Positions 23,364 through 35,782 of a DNA stretch of 64,000 bases are shown one piece after another. Source of the stretch: Peribolospora baueri (taxonomy: Eukaryota). The DNA lies in the NCBI GenBank assembly GCA_029717555.1, contig JAMDHS010000029.1:62001-126000 (forward strand), read 5' to 3'. A program made the position numbers and the translations under genes. Under the pieces are notes generated by a model, which saw nothing but the letters and a program-made list of their open reading frames with translations, ran no database searches and was not told the DNA's origin. The first letter of the stretch is position 1. Every line of letters begins with the position of its first letter.

Positions 23364-26300
23364 TCACTCGTCGGCCCTGATCCCTATTCGACACCTAAAC
23401 ATGTCTTCCTTCAGTTTCACCACCTCCAACCAGCACTTTTCTTCCCAGCTCAACCCGAGCTCCTTATGTCCCGCCCCAGGCGCCGTCGCGGTCGCGCTCT
23501 TGCTGCTCGACGACGACGAGAGAATGAGACCGGGAAGGGGGAGAGAGGAGCGTGGACCGCTTGGCGGCTTTGCTGGGATGCCCGGGCCGGCGGTTCCCGA
23601 AGGGGGAGCGGTGGTGGGGTTGGGGTTAGGGTTCGGGTTGGGCGTGTTGCTGAGAGGCGAGTCGGCGGGGGCCGCTGGAGGGCGGCGGCGCGGGTTCCGC
23701 GGAGGGAGAGCAGGAGCGACGTTGCCCGTCGGCGTCTTCCTATCCGACTCCGTCGCCGTCGACGTGTCTATCGACTCGGAAGAGGGCGTAGCGATCGTGG
23801 TCGTCACCGTAGGTCCCGCCTCGGTCGAGGAGGAAATCTCGAGCGCGCCGGCGGGCCCTTCCGCCGCTGGTTCCTGAGCCGTGGCGGTGGCGGTGGCGGT
23901 GGCGGTAGCAGTGGCAGTGGTCGTAGTTTCCACCTCGGGAAGAGCGGCGGAAGAAGAGGAAGGGGAAGCCTCAGCAGAAGCAAACATTGCGTCTTTGTCT
24001 TGCTCGTCCTCACTGCCATCCACCACGTTCGGCTCTTCTTCCTTTGCGGACGCGGACAAGGTTTTAACGTCATCTTCTTCAACGTCTCCTTCGTCGCGGC
24101 TGCCGTTGCCGTTGCTGCGGCCGTCGACTTCACCGTTGCCCGCCGCGCCGTTTGCCTCGGCGGGGGCGGCGGGGGCGGCGGGAGTAGTGGAGCAGGGAGG
24201 CGGAGCGCTAGATGGACCAGCGTCGGACGGGGACGGTTGGCTCGGAGCCGTCGCCGATGTCGACGTCGATCCAGCCCCAGCCCGTTGTTCCTCGTCCCAA
24301 GGCCCTCTCCCACTCTCCCCGTCTCGATTTCCAAAAGCCCACTTGCCCTCCAAAACGATCCCTCGTTCAAGAACCCTCACATATCCCCAAAACTCGCACA
24401 CGCTTCGCAATCGACGTAAGCAGTGGTGCGGGCAAAGGAGGTACCTGTTGGTGGACGATTCGGTGATGCGGAAGATGTGTGTAGGTATCGGGTGGTGGGG
24501 CGGCGGTGGGTTTGGGGAGGTTGGAGAGAGGGCGGGAGAGGAGAGATCTGCGTCGTTGTTGTCTGCCAAGGAGGATACGGGGAGGAGGGAGGGTGCGGAG
24601 GACGAGTGGGAGGAGGAGGCGACGGGGTCCGACGATTTCCGGCCGTGGAAAGGATTGATGGTGCTGGAGAAGGAGGGAGTCGAAGGGGATGATCCGCTGC
24701 CACCGCCGCTGCCGTTGCCGCCGACGCCGAGCTTGAAAGACGAGAAAGAGGAAATCAAATTGCTCCTCATCTTGCTTCCCGTTCCAAAGCCGAGCGTGGA
24801 AGAGCCGGCGGAGGTGGGCTCATTGGAAGAGGAGAGGTCGGTGGTCGAGCCAGGGGCGGAAGTGGGATGGAGAACAGTAGAGTGGGAGAGCTGGGCGTTG
24901 GCGACGGGTACGTTGAGTACGGATGTGCCGCAAAGAGCACAAGCGGCGGCGGGCAAGGCGGCGGCGGCACGGAGGAGGTCTTCCTCCTTCATGCCCGGCG
25001 CGGCAGGCTCGACGACCAACGTTCCATCGAGAATAGCGCTGTTCACCTGTCTCCTCGTGAGCCAGTTGAGGCCGGGTGCTACGTCGAGGCGAAGAGTGGG
25101 TTCGGTATCCTCCTCGACGGCTCGCTTGATGAAAGGGAGTGAGGACTGAGACGAGAGCTGGACGAGCTGCTCGGCGTTCGGAGGCAAATGCTGAGTGGGC
25201 GAAGGCGGCGCGGAGTCGAACGACGGCCGCGCATCGTTTGCCCCGATCCGATAGGAAGAGGTGGGCACGGCGACGTAAAACGGGGCGAGCTGACCTCTGA
25301 GTTTCTTTAAGTGAGCGAGGAAGGAGACAAACTCTCGAAAGGGGACGATGTTGATCATCAACCCTTGATACGGATCGCCCACGTCGCGGTACAGGTAGAA
25401 GCCGCCGGTGCCGGCTCGAGACTGAGGACCAGAGAGGGTGGAAAAGGCGCTTGCAGAGCCGGGAAGACCAGGAGAACCGGGAAGCGATCCGGCTCGCAAA
25501 GCAGAGCGGAGCAGGAGGGCAGAGAAGCGGCGTTTGGGTGGTGGAGCGGCGGCGTCAGCGCCGTCGCCGTCGCCGGCTGGCTGTTCGGCGTCGGTTGGAT
25601 CGAGAAGGGCGTCTTCCATGGTTCTCATATCCTGCTCAGCCGCCTCAAGGCGCTCCTTGAGCTCCTGCATGGTCCTCTGCTGTTCCCTAATGAGGCTCTC
25701 GGTGTCCCTCAAGCGCTCCTGCATCTCCCTGCTCTTCTCCTCCGCCCTGTTCTTCTCCAAACGAGCGGCGGCGACCATGTTGTTGGCCTCGGAGAACAGG
25801 TTGGCGCTCAGGTCGTCGAGCTCCTTCTCGATCGACGCTTTGTCTGCCTCGGCCTTTCCTCTCTGCGCCGTTTCCTCCACGAGTCGCTCCATCATGCGCT
25901 GCATCTCCGCGGACACGTGGGCCTTTTCGACGAGCAGGCCGGTATTGAGGGCGGCAACATGCTCTTTTCGCTCCGTCTCCAGGGCCGCAATCCTGGTTCG
26001 ACTGGCGTGAAGCTGGGTGACGGAATCGGATACGTCGTCCTCGAGATCGGAGACACGCTCGAAGGAGCGCACAAGCTTGGCATTGAGGCCCGTCACCTGG
26101 GCCGTCAGATCCGCGACTTGGCCTCTCAACGATTCGACCTCGACCTCTGCTTGGGCGGCAGCCGAAGGGGGTTCGGGTTCGGAGGACGACGGGTGGGGGT
26201 CGTGCGGCGGTGATGGCCGGTCGTCGTCGTCGTCGTCGTCCCCTTGGCCGGCCCCCTCGGCGCCGGTGGCCGGTGAAGAAGCGGCGGTATGGCCATCGCC

Positions 26301-26456
26301 GGGCGAAGCAGACTCGGCGACGCCGTTGGCCATCGCTGGAGACCCGGTGGCCGCGGCGACGGTCTCGTCCGTCGCCCCGTCTGTAGAGACCTCTGGGAGA
26401 GCCGCCGGGGACGCCGTGCCTGGTGCGGGGGCGGTAATTTGAGTGGGATCGGCCAT
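23364..26456 (-). CDS. SEC2: Rab guanine nucleotide exchange factor Sec2
   Basis: Single 1030-aa ORF with coiled coil and IEKELDDLSANLFSEANNMVAAAR (Sec2p domain), EEDTEPTLRLD.APGLNWL.RR, CALCG, LC..CL.RLRSVCEFW.Y, W.EV..LKE.MF..RIG. Confidence 0.93.
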   Translation of the reverse strand: MADPTQITAPAPGTASPAALPEVSTDGATDETVAAATGSPAMANGVAESASPGDGHTAASSPATGAEGAGQGDDDDDDDRPSPPHDPHPSSSEPEPPSAAAQAEVEVESLRGQVADLTAQVTGLNAKLVRSFERVSDLEDDVSDSVTQLHASRTRIAALETERKEHVAALNTGLLVEKAHVSAEMQRMMERLVEETAQRGKAEADKASIEKELDDLSANLFSEANNMVAAARLEKNRAEEKSREMQERLRDTESLIREQQRTMQELKERLEAAEQDMRTMEDALLDPTDAEQPAGDGDGADAAAPPPKRRFSALLLRSALRAGSLPGSPGLPGSASAFSTLSGPQSRAGTGGFYLYRDVGDPYQGLMINIVPFREFVSFLAHLKKLRGQLAPFYVAVPTSSYRIGANDARPSFDSAPPSPTQHLPPNAEQLVQLSSQSSLPFIKRAVEEDTEPTLRLDVAPGLNWLTRRQVNSAILDGTLVVEPAAPGMKEEDLLRAAAALPAAACALCGTSVLNVPVANAQLSHSTVLHPTSAPGSTTDLSSSNEPTSAGSSTLGFGTGSKMRSNLISSFSSFKLGVGGNGSGGGSGSSPSTPSFSSTINPFHGRKSSDPVASSSHSSSAPSLLPVSSLADNNDADLSSPALSPTSPNPPPPHHPIPTHIFRITESSTNRYLLCPHHCLRRLRSVCEFWGYVRVLERGIVLEGKWAFGNRDGESGRGPWDEEQRAGAGSTSTSATAPSQPSPSDAGPSSAPPPCSTTPAAPAAPAEANGAAGNGEVDGRSNGNGSRDEGDVEEDDVKTLSASAKEEEPNVVDGSEDEQDKDAMFASAEASPSSSSAALPEVETTTTATATATATATATAQEPAAEGPAGALEISSSTEAGPTVTTTIATPSSESIDTSTATESDRKTPTGNVAPALPPRNPRRRPPAAPADSPLSNTPNPNPNPNPTTAPPSGTAGPGIPAKPPSGPRSSLPLPGLILSSSSSSKSATATAPGAGHKELGLSWEEKCWLEVVKLKEDMFRCRIGIRADE

Positions 26457-27312
26457 GCGGTAGCCGAGGGAGAAAGGGGCGTACGACGGCGCAGCAGAGG
26501 TGGCGGTGGACTAGCAGAGCAAAGGGAGGCGAGCGTGAGAGGAGGGCAAGCGACGAGCTGAGATGAGAAGGTTGGAGGGTGCGACCTGGTCTGACCAGGT
26601 AGGTCGTTCGTTTCGCGAAGAACGAACGCCCAACGGAGCCTCGCTCAAGGTCGCACATGGGTGAGCCCAACTCGTGCTGCGGCAGCTGGGACGCTAACGC
26701 CGCGTTTCTCCGCGTTCGGCGTCTGCGTCGGCTGGGCGAGTCAGTTGGCCGGCGACGAACAGAAGGCAATGGACGAGGTGGAGGACGACGACGAAGACGG
26801 CGACAGCGAAGGCGACGACGACGACGACGACCACCACCACCACGAAGACAGCGGCGCCGGCGGCGGTGGACTGACACCCCCGAGTCGATGGCCGTCCGCC
26901 CTGTCGGTGGTACTCTATTCTACGATCTCGCAGCCGGCTCACACCGACCGACCGACCCACGCGCTCACGAGTCGCCTCCGGCGCGGCGGGCGCGGCCACT
27001 CGACGCCTCCATCATCGCACGGACGCTATCCCTTCTTGCGTGGCTAGAGTTAAACGGACGGAAGCAGCGACTGACGGAGGCTATCTATCCAGCGCTCCGA
27101 GCCTGTCCAGTGCCAGTGCGTTGGACAGGCGAAGGCGGAGGCAGACACGGCGAGGGCGGAGAGAAGGGAAAAGCGGAGGAAAGAAGGAAAACCGACGTCG
27201 TCGTCGTCCAGCGCTCGGTCACGAGCTACACGACGACTCACGTACATTGCAATTGCAATTACAATTGCATTCCTCTAATCGCCTCCTCCTTCTTCCCACC
27301 ACCATCGACGAC

Positions 27313-30300
27313 ATGGCCGCACCGGCCTCCAGACCCCCCCCTCCTCCTCACCGGGCCTCCTCCGCCTCCGCCTCCTCCTCCTCCACCCTCCTCCCCTCCC
27401 CTTCCTCGCCCTCCACCCCCACCCTCATCGCGCCCCCGCCACCAGCCTTTGCGCGCCCCATCCCACCTCGCATCTTCACCTCCGGTTTTTACCCTCCTCT
27501 CTCCCAGCCGAATACCAACGGCGACGTCTTCTCCTCTCCCGACGCCACTTCCCACGCTAACGCCACTCAGCTCCATGCATCCTTCAAGACAGCCGACGTG
27601 GGCGTGAAGGGGACCGAGCGCTTCGCTGTGGATGCCATGGCCACCGGCGCCCCCGCCCCGGCGAGCAATTTGGCAGTCTCGTCCTCGTCTGGCTCTCACC
27701 CATCGCCCGACCACCGTCGTCCTTCCCATCGTCCTGCCCGCGAACCCCATCCCGCTCTGCCCCTCTCGCGTTCTGGCTCGGCCGCGGGCAGTGGGCGCCT
27801 GACGCCGATGAGCTCAAGAAGCAGTATCCGAAGCCAGAGGAGCTGGTCCGTGAGTGTCTCGCCCTGTCACGCACTGGCTTGCCCCCCCCTTCATCTGTCT
27901 TTTTCGCTCACCGGATGCTCCTCTCGCTCGTCGTCTCTTTGTCGCGATTCGACGTGCAGGAGTTTGAGGCTTCCTCGATCAGCCCCCTTCCCTCTCCCCT
28001 TATCGGCGATGAGGAATACGACAGGGATCACCTCTTTCCTGCGACCGGTCGGAGCAGCTGGGAATCAAAGCAGAGCCACGACGAGGAGAGACCATCTGCG
28101 ACGATGCCCTCCTCTCGCACCAGCGCCTTCTTCAACGCCTCCTCCTCTGCCGTTCGACCTCCACTCACCCTCGCCTCCGTCTCCTCCGACGTCTCCTCCC
28201 CTGCCTCCGCCTCGACGTCTTCCTTGAATTCCGCCTCGTTGCCCTTCTTCTCAAGTCCCCTCGAAGGCCTCCCCACGCCCTCCGGCGATGCGCATGCGCC
28301 CTGGTCCTTTCGCATGCCTTCCACTTTTTCTCCGGCCGCCAGCAGCGCCACGCGTATCGCCCTTGCCGTCGCTGCCGGTATGATGCGACAGCCTAGCGAG
28401 CCTTCCTCACCGGCTCTTGTCGTCCCGGCGTTGTCTTCGAGGCACGCGCGTTATGCTAGCGACGGCGACACCTCGAAAATGAAACTTGGTTCGGACGCGG
28501 TCGAAGCGGAAGCGGATGCCGCGCTTGCAGCAAACTCGCCTGCGCGAGACCTCCTTTCCTCCTCGCCATCGTCAGTGATGACGGGCAAAAAGACACGCGA
28601 TTTCTTCTCCACCGACTATTCTCCCTCTTCGCCCTCTTTACCTCGTCCGCCTCCCGCCGTTCCTCTGTCGTCATCGCCACCATCAAGGCAGCACTCCGGG
28701 CGCAGAGATGTGTCTCCCTCTCGAGGAGGCGGTCTCTCTTCCTCTCCCTCGTCTCTCCGTTCCAGCTCGCTCCCGTCGTTGAGACCGTCTTTCGACCGAA
28801 GGTGGACGACCGCGTCCGAAAAGCTCGATTTACCCTCGCCCGTCCCCGAGGAGAATGGTTTGCCCACCTCTGGACCTCCGAGCGCAACGCCGACGCTAAC
28901 GGCCGACGAGAGGGAAGAGAAGTGGCCATTTTCAATTTCGACGACCGACAAAGCGGCCTCGCCCGTTGTTGTCGCCGCCGCCGCTTCTACATCATCCTCT
29001 TCTCCCGCTACCACCACGCGCCCGGTGCTCTCCGTCACTACCACCTCCCTTTCCCAACGTCCTCTTCCAGCCCCAGTGCCTTTCCCCACGCCTTCCGCCG
29101 CTCCGTCCTTATTCCAGTCTCAGGCCGCGGTCGCCTCGGTGTCGAAGACCCCCTCTGACTCCGCTTCCGGTGGCGCTCCCGCACGGTCGTCTTCGTCTTC
29201 GCCTTTGACTTCCGCCGCCTCTGCCACCACTGTCGGCACCGTCGAGACGCTGGGCAGTGGCACGGCCAGTACCGGCACGGGCATTTCTGCCAGTACGTCC
29301 AACACGCTCGAGAGGGCCACGTCTCGGTCTTCTTCTCTCGCTGAAGTCGATGGGGACGTCAAAGCGGATCGAGTCAAGAGGAGAGAAGATGGACGGGTCA
29401 AGGACAAGAAGGTCGGAAGTGCGTTTGCGGGCGTCCACGACAACGTCAGAGACGAACCCAGAGAGGACGACGAAGAACGAGAACAGGGAACGGGCTCAAA
29501 AGACACAGCAGGGTTGAGCCGAGTCGGCGCTTACCGCATCGTTCGCGCCCTCGGCGTCGGCGCGTTCAGTCGCGTCGTTCTGGCGCGACTGGAGGGGGAG
29601 GGGACGTCGTCGAGGAATGGGGAAGACGTAGGAACACGGACGGTGGCGCTCAAGATGATCGATAGGGCGCCTTGTGAGAAGCACGAGAGGATCAAGGTCG
29701 CGTGGGTGAGGGAAGTCGAGGTCTTGAGGGTGAGTGGGCTGAGCATTCGAAATGTTCTACGGACATGCCGACGACGCTGATCATGGTCGGTCGGTCTGCT
29801 CAACAGCACCTCGCCCACCCCAACCTCACTCCCCTGCTCGACCACTTCTCCACCCCTTCCTATCACGTCCTCGCTCTCGAACACGTCGCCGGCGGAGAAC
29901 TGTTCGACCTTTTGGAAACGTCTCATGACAAGCTCTGTTGCCATCCTTGGCTCGTCCGACGCATGTTCGGAGAGCTTGCCGGGGTCATAGGCTGGCTCCA
30001 TCATGTCGGCGTCGTGCACAGGGATGTGAAGCTCGAGAGTGAGTGCATCACGCATTTGCTTGTACCGCCACCCGCCTCCAACAAATTGATACGATTTCCT
30101 TTTTCTTCGCGTTTCGTTTCGCCCCTATAGACATCCTCCTCTCCCACAACCCGTTCTCTGGCGACGACGATCCCACGCCAGCGACCGTCCGCTCGCCGCT
30201 CATCAAGCTCACCGATTTCGGTCTCTCCCGGTTCATCGACTTTTCCTCGCCTCTCCTCGAAACGCGGTGCGGCTCGGAGGAATACGCGGCGCCAGAGTTG

Positions 30301-31092
30301 ATCATGGGCAAGCGGTACGATGGGCGAAAGACGGATGTGTGGGCTCTCGGCTGCGTTCTCTATGCGCTTTTAACGAGGGCCTTGCCGTTTTTGGATGACG
30401 GGAAGGGTGTAGGCCGGGAACATCCTGCCGTCCTCGGCGGCGTCAGTAAGGGTTCGCAAGGCGGAGGCGTCGTCGGCGCCGGCGTCGCGGAGAAGGACCC
30501 GCGAGAGAGAAAGAAGCACCTCCTCCGCATCGCCAAGGCCGAGCTCACGTGGCCCAAGGCTTCTGACGTCGCAGGTCTCGAGGGCTTTGCAGCTATGCGA
30601 ACCAACGCCAGCGCCGCCTCCACCTCCTCCTTCACGTCGTCCTCTTGGACAAATCCCGGTCGAAGCGGGTCTGAGAGCGACACGGTCGCGACAGTCTCTT
30701 CGCCACTGTCGCCCATCTCGCCCAATCCTTTGTTCTCTTCGTCGCCTACTAACATTGTCGCACCGGTCACCCTCGGCCTCGGCGTTGGCGGTGGCAGCAC
30801 ATCCTCTCTCCTTCCTGCCGCCGCGAGTGCCAACGCGGCTGCCTCGCTCCTCTCGTCCGCCTACCCGCTCATCACGTCCTCCTCCAAAGCGCTCGTCTCG
30901 CGTCTGTTGCGCCGCGATCCGACAAAGCGGATCGACGCGTGGAACGTGTGGGACGAGGAGTGGATGAAGGAAGACGGCGGGGAAGGCGCGCCGGTCGATC
31001 CGAGGAGCGCTGATGGAAAGGCTTGGCTGAAGAGCGAAGGAGCGATGGCCAGGATTGGCGGAGCTGTCGCGGAGGTGGCCAAGATGGGATGA
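27313..31092 (+). CDS. Ser/Thr protein kinase (CAMK-like; Prr1/Nnk1-like) with long S/P-rich N-terminus, multi-exon
   Basis: LGVGAFSRV, VALKMI, REVEVL, GGELFD, HRDVKLE|NILL, KLTDFGLSRF, TRCGSEEYAAPE, TDVWALG, RLL.RDP.KR. The start codon is inferred. Confidence 0.88.
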
Positions 31093-31558
31093 AGGCGGCA
31101 TAGGGAGGCACAAAATACGCGTCCTTCCTCTTCGCCGCTCCTTTCCCTAATTTTTTTTTAATTCTTTCCCTTCCTCATCTGTGCCTTGTTTAGTCCGCGT
31201 CCGTCTCTGATTGTCCTAGAAGGCAGAGAGAGAGGCTCTGGGACGCTCTTTCCTTCCCTTCTCAGGTGCCGACTTCCTTTATCTCTTTCAAAACTATTCA
31301 CTTTGCCTCCATTCCTGCCTTTTAATTCCCTTTCTTCCATCCCCTTTCCTCCTCAAACCAAACCAGTCTTGTGCTCTTTAATCGCTCTCCGCTCTAAAAT
31401 ATTAGAAGCTAGACCGCGCATGGCAAATCTGTACTCTAGCCTCTTCTAATGTCACCAAAATTTTTGCTTGTTCGTCGTTCCTCGCGACTAGTCCGAAGCA
31501 AGTAGCCCACCCGGGGGACGACGGGAAGAAGCGCCATACATGACCCATCCTTGCCTAT

Positions 31559-34074
31559 TCATATCCTTCTTCGAACGACCTCCACAACCCTGTCCAACTC
31601 TTCCCACATTTGCCTCCTCTTTCTCGGCTCGACATAACGGAGCAAGCACCGGTCCGCCCGTGCCTCCCCCTCCTCCTCTTCTTCCCCAGAGACGACGCTC
31701 TCGATGTCCAAGAGAGCGAGCGAAGGCCAGTCGGAGAGCGACAACGTCGTGTCCGGATCGACGACGCTGTCGACGGCGACGAGCGGACGGATGGCGTCGA
31801 GGTGGGAAGGAAGGCGAGTGAGCAGCCAGGGTAGGGAGGGGTCGAGCGTATTGGAGAGGGTGTGGAAGATGACCTAAATAGGGTAGGAAGCGGAGAAGGC
31901 AGGACGCATAGTGAGGCATGTTTTCCACTGCGAGGTAGTCCCTGATGCTGGACGGCACACAAGACCCCAGCTACATTGGCAGCCGGAATGCTGACGCAGA
32001 CTCGCTCGCCACTCACCCGCACGTCGTGCAAGCCGAAGAGAAACCTGCCCAAGTTCATCGTTCGCTCGCACAGCTTTCGGTCATCTTTTTTTGAGCCAGT
32101 AAATGGTAAGAGCGGGGAAAGGATGAAAATGGGAGATATGGGTCGCAAAAAGTTGAGTGCAAGGATAATATGTTGCCGAGGAGATGCAAGAGAAGATGCA
32201 AGAAACCCTTGACCGACGCACCCAATTCCAATCCCACGAGCGCAGCCTTCCACCACCCCAACCCCGCCTGGACCTCATGTCGGGCTCGAATGTTTCGATC
32301 GACGAGATCGTCACTGCACCATGCCGACACGAGCGGGCCGCCACCATAGCAGGAAGAGAATAGGAGGTCCGAGGAGGTGAGGAGTGTCGGGGCTGAGAGC
32401 CAGGGTGTTGAGAGCGCGTCGTAAACCTGAGTGACAGTAGCGCACGCAACGGCGATCAATGAACTTCCTCTTTGGTCTTCGACCAGATCCTCAAGCCTTT
32501 GCTTGGATATCCAGGAGAGCATCCTTGACGCACGGCCCTCCATCTCGGGAAGGTAACCGCAGCTCACCTTGGCCATGCACTCCAACGCCTGCACCCCATC
32601 TAACATCGTCCTGAGCCGCACTTCCTCCGCCGTCGAGTCCTGTCCCACCCTGTCTAATGTTGAATTGGCCAGGCAGTAAAGACCTAAGGCCAGTCGGTAC
32701 TCGACGGCAACATCAGGTACTGCATCGACCTCATCTTCGTCCGAGTCAGTCTCCGATGATGGCACGAGAACCCGAACGCCTCGAGGGGACCCTTGTGCGA
32801 GACGACCAGCAAACTCGCATAGGACGGAAGGAAGGTCGAGATTGAGGTCTTTACGGGCTTGAAAGGGAGGTTGTGCGGGTTTTTGCACAGCAGAGGCGGC
32901 GTTCGCTGAGGATTTGCCGAGGAGGTTGTCACAGAGAGAAATGAGACGAGTGAGGGGGAGGGGATGCGAGTGCTATGTGCGTGCCCGTTTGATTTAGAGG
33001 GAATGGGGCAATGGCAAAAGGGCACTGGTCAATATCATATGAAACAACTGGAGGTCGTAGAGTTGCGAGATATCAAAGCTCACCTCCACGATCTCATCAC
33101 ACAAGGACGCCATCGACAGCCCCCATCTGTCCTGTACCGCCGCAGAAACCGCCTCCAGCGCCGCTCCTACATTACCGTCCCTCCAACACGACCGGGAGCC
33201 ATTTCGAAGCTCCCCACTTGGCTTTTCTAAAGAGACGGGCGACAATTGAGAGAAAGGCGGTATGAGGAGCAACCGTCCAAGCGCCAACCTGGAAAGATAA
33301 AGAGTCTTCGCCAGCTGGGCCGCTGACGGCGCACTTGCCCCGGCAGTGCTCGTGCCTCTGGTGGCCTGAACTTCGTCGTCCAAAAGGGAGGCTTGTACGC
33401 GCTCTATGAGCAATCGTAACGAACAAGCAGTGTTCTCTGCGCTTCGATGTTTCCAAAAGACTGTCATAGACGACGAGGCAGGTGAGGAAAACGTGACCGA
33501 GCTGGAAGCGATCGGGTCGACTCTGACGACAGAAGGAAGCTCACCCTGGGCTAGGGTCCAAAGGGATGAGATATAAACCGTTTGTCCAGCGTTGTTGTCA
33601 ACCTCTATGGCAGCTAGGCGTCGGTTGGCCTCTGTTGATAGTTGATGAGAAATTTAAAAAAAAAATAGAAAAATAAAGAAAGGGAGGTCGAATGGTGCCA
33701 AAATGAGGCCAAGCGAACGTTTCACATGCTTATTGACCCTCGTCCTCGTAGCTTCCATCTGCTCACCGGCGAGCTCAGGATCCACACGCTCCCCCCCGCC
33801 TCCCAGGATCCTTCCTTCATGCGGCCTAGAAGATTTGCCCTTTGACCTCGGAGAATCATTTCTCGCTTTGGACTTGGGTTTGAGGGAAGGCGAGCCAGGC
33901 GCCGGCGACGGGGCCGGCAGGGAAAAAGGCTCGACGCGGGAAGGCTGTCCAAAGACTGGAAAGGTGGCAGTCCAGGTAAGCGCGAGCGCTATTCTCAGGG
34001 CCTCCAACGGTCATGGTGATGCACTCACTCTGTACGTCCCAGCCGGACGTGCTCGCCAGTGGACGTCTCGACAT
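31559..34074 (-). CDS. Hypothetical protein (predicted helical), multi-exon
   Basis: Chain of coding-like minus-strand segments joined by GT-AG introns (MSRRPLASTSGWDVQ|..FGQPSRVEPF.., LRLLIERVQASL, YRLALGLYCLANST, MWEELDRVVEVVRRRI*). No family recognised. Confidence 0.55.
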
Positions 34075-34249
34075 CGTTCATCCTTCTCGTCCACCGTCGC
34101 GCACGGTTCACAAAGTCGACCCTCGCCCAGTCACCCGCCCATCTCCGTCTTTCCCCGCGCCCCTCCCCCGCCAGCCGATCAAAGGCCTAGCTGGAGGTCG
34201 AAAGAAGACATCTCATAACCAGCCCGGGCCACCCTTGGTTCAGCAAAAC

Positions 34250-35486
34250 ATGTCCGGCTCGAACTCGGCAGGAGCCTCGTCGTCGGCGATGGCAGCAGCG
34301 AGCCCCAAGGGGGCTCAAGTTGAGACCAATCCTCGCGGTATACCCCAGGCGCCCTTTGTCGTGAGTCTCGGTCCCGTCTTCTCTTCCTCTGGGCTCTTGC
34401 AGTCTCTCTTCTTCTCTCGCTCTGATTCTGATTCCATTTCGTCTTTGACAGAGCAATGTTGAGGAGCACATCGGCGGTCCGGACGCTGAGGTGGACAGCA
34501 CGCTCCGAAGCTTCCAAGAGGCCGTCTCGTGCGTTAACTTTTCCCGCCCTCTCGCTGTTCTCTTTGAAAGGTCGTCATGCCAAACTCTTTTCCTCTCCTG
34601 CCTTTCTTTCTCGCACGACGCCATATCTTCGTCTCGCAGGAAATACAAATTCATGGAGATGAACCAGGCCCAAAGGCGGCGAGGGTTGCTGGAGAAGATT
34701 CCGGAGATCAGAAGCACGCTCAAAATGGTCGAGTTCTTGAATGAGAAGAAGGTATGTTGGTGGCAGCTCGTTGACTGGCTTGGGCGGAAGGATGAGTCTG
34801 GATGCGGTGGATGTCATTCTGATAACGGTGCAATCCGGCTCTTATCCGCCCCATTCCCTCATCGGCGCTTGGGCTCGATTCGCTCATGTGCAGGAGGCAG
34901 ACGACAAGGTGAAGACGACCTTCGAACTCAACGATACTCTCTACGCCCACGCCGAAGTGGACAACCTGGACATGGTGTACCTGTGGCTTGGAGTGAGTAG
35001 ACTGCGAGCTTGTTCCTCTCTGTCCAGGGCAGCTGAACCACTAGGGACTCACACCTCATCGACTTCTCCCACCTCTCCTTGCACAGGCAAACGTGATGCT
35101 CTCCTACCCCATCCCCGAAGCTCTCGACCTCCTCCGCTCCAAGCTCGCTTCCGCGGAAAAGTCGCTTAAGGAAGTGGAGGAAGATCTCGACTTTCTCAGG
35201 GAGCAGACAACCGTCATGGAGGTCAATACGGCGAGGGTTCATAACTGGGACGTTAAGAGGAGGAGGGAGCGGTGAGTATTCGCCAAAAGACGAGGAGGGC
35301 AGGCTGTTACGCCCCCCGTGCCCCTCTCCCCCTTCCGCAAAAGCGGGTGCAGCAAGCGGCGGTGAGAGCACATGTTCGTCCTCATGTTCTCATGCACGTG
35401 CCCCTTTTTCCTCTTTTTTTTTCCTCAACAGGAGATTACGCGGCGAAGCCGAGCCGGAAAAAGAGGAGGAAAAGGACAAGGATTGA
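34250..35486 (+). CDS. PAC10: Prefoldin subunit 3 (Pac10/VBP1), multi-exon
   Basis: TNPRGIPQAPFV, FQEAVS|KYKFME, KIPEIRSTL.MV, TTFELNDTLYAHA, VYLWLGANVMLSYP, DLDFLREQTTVMEVNTARVHNWDVKRRR. Confidence 0.95.
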
Positions 35487-35782
35487 AAGAGCCCCTCTTC
35501 CTTTCTTCCTTCACGGCTCCTCTGTCGTGTCGAGCCTCGCCCATTTCCGGCGGCCCGCTTCAGCATGTAGAATTACGCTGAAAGAAATCATCTCGGCGAC
35601 GTTTCGATGCGCACCGCCCTTATCTTCGGCTCATCTGAACGTAATTATCCGTGTCATCACCATGATCCGGACGATGGGCCCAAATCATCAAGTTTCGCAA
35701 AGGGAGAAGATAATAGCATCGAAGCAGACAGCCGGCGTAACCACAAAGAAATGTTCGGACAAACGCATCCCGCGAAGAGCGC

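Noticed and set aside
23881..26213. Long plus-strand ORFs (422, 363 and 300 aa) opposite SEC2, and similar antisense ORFs over CGS, CDC14 and the kinase
   Set aside because: Shadow ORFs caused by high GC and codon bias on the real strand.
26661..27047. ORF with acidic run and HHHH (DDDDDDHHHHED) that looks like a metal-binding peptide
   Set aside because: Explained by (GAC)n/(CAC)n microsatellites in the SEC2-kinase divergent promoter; no other coding signal.
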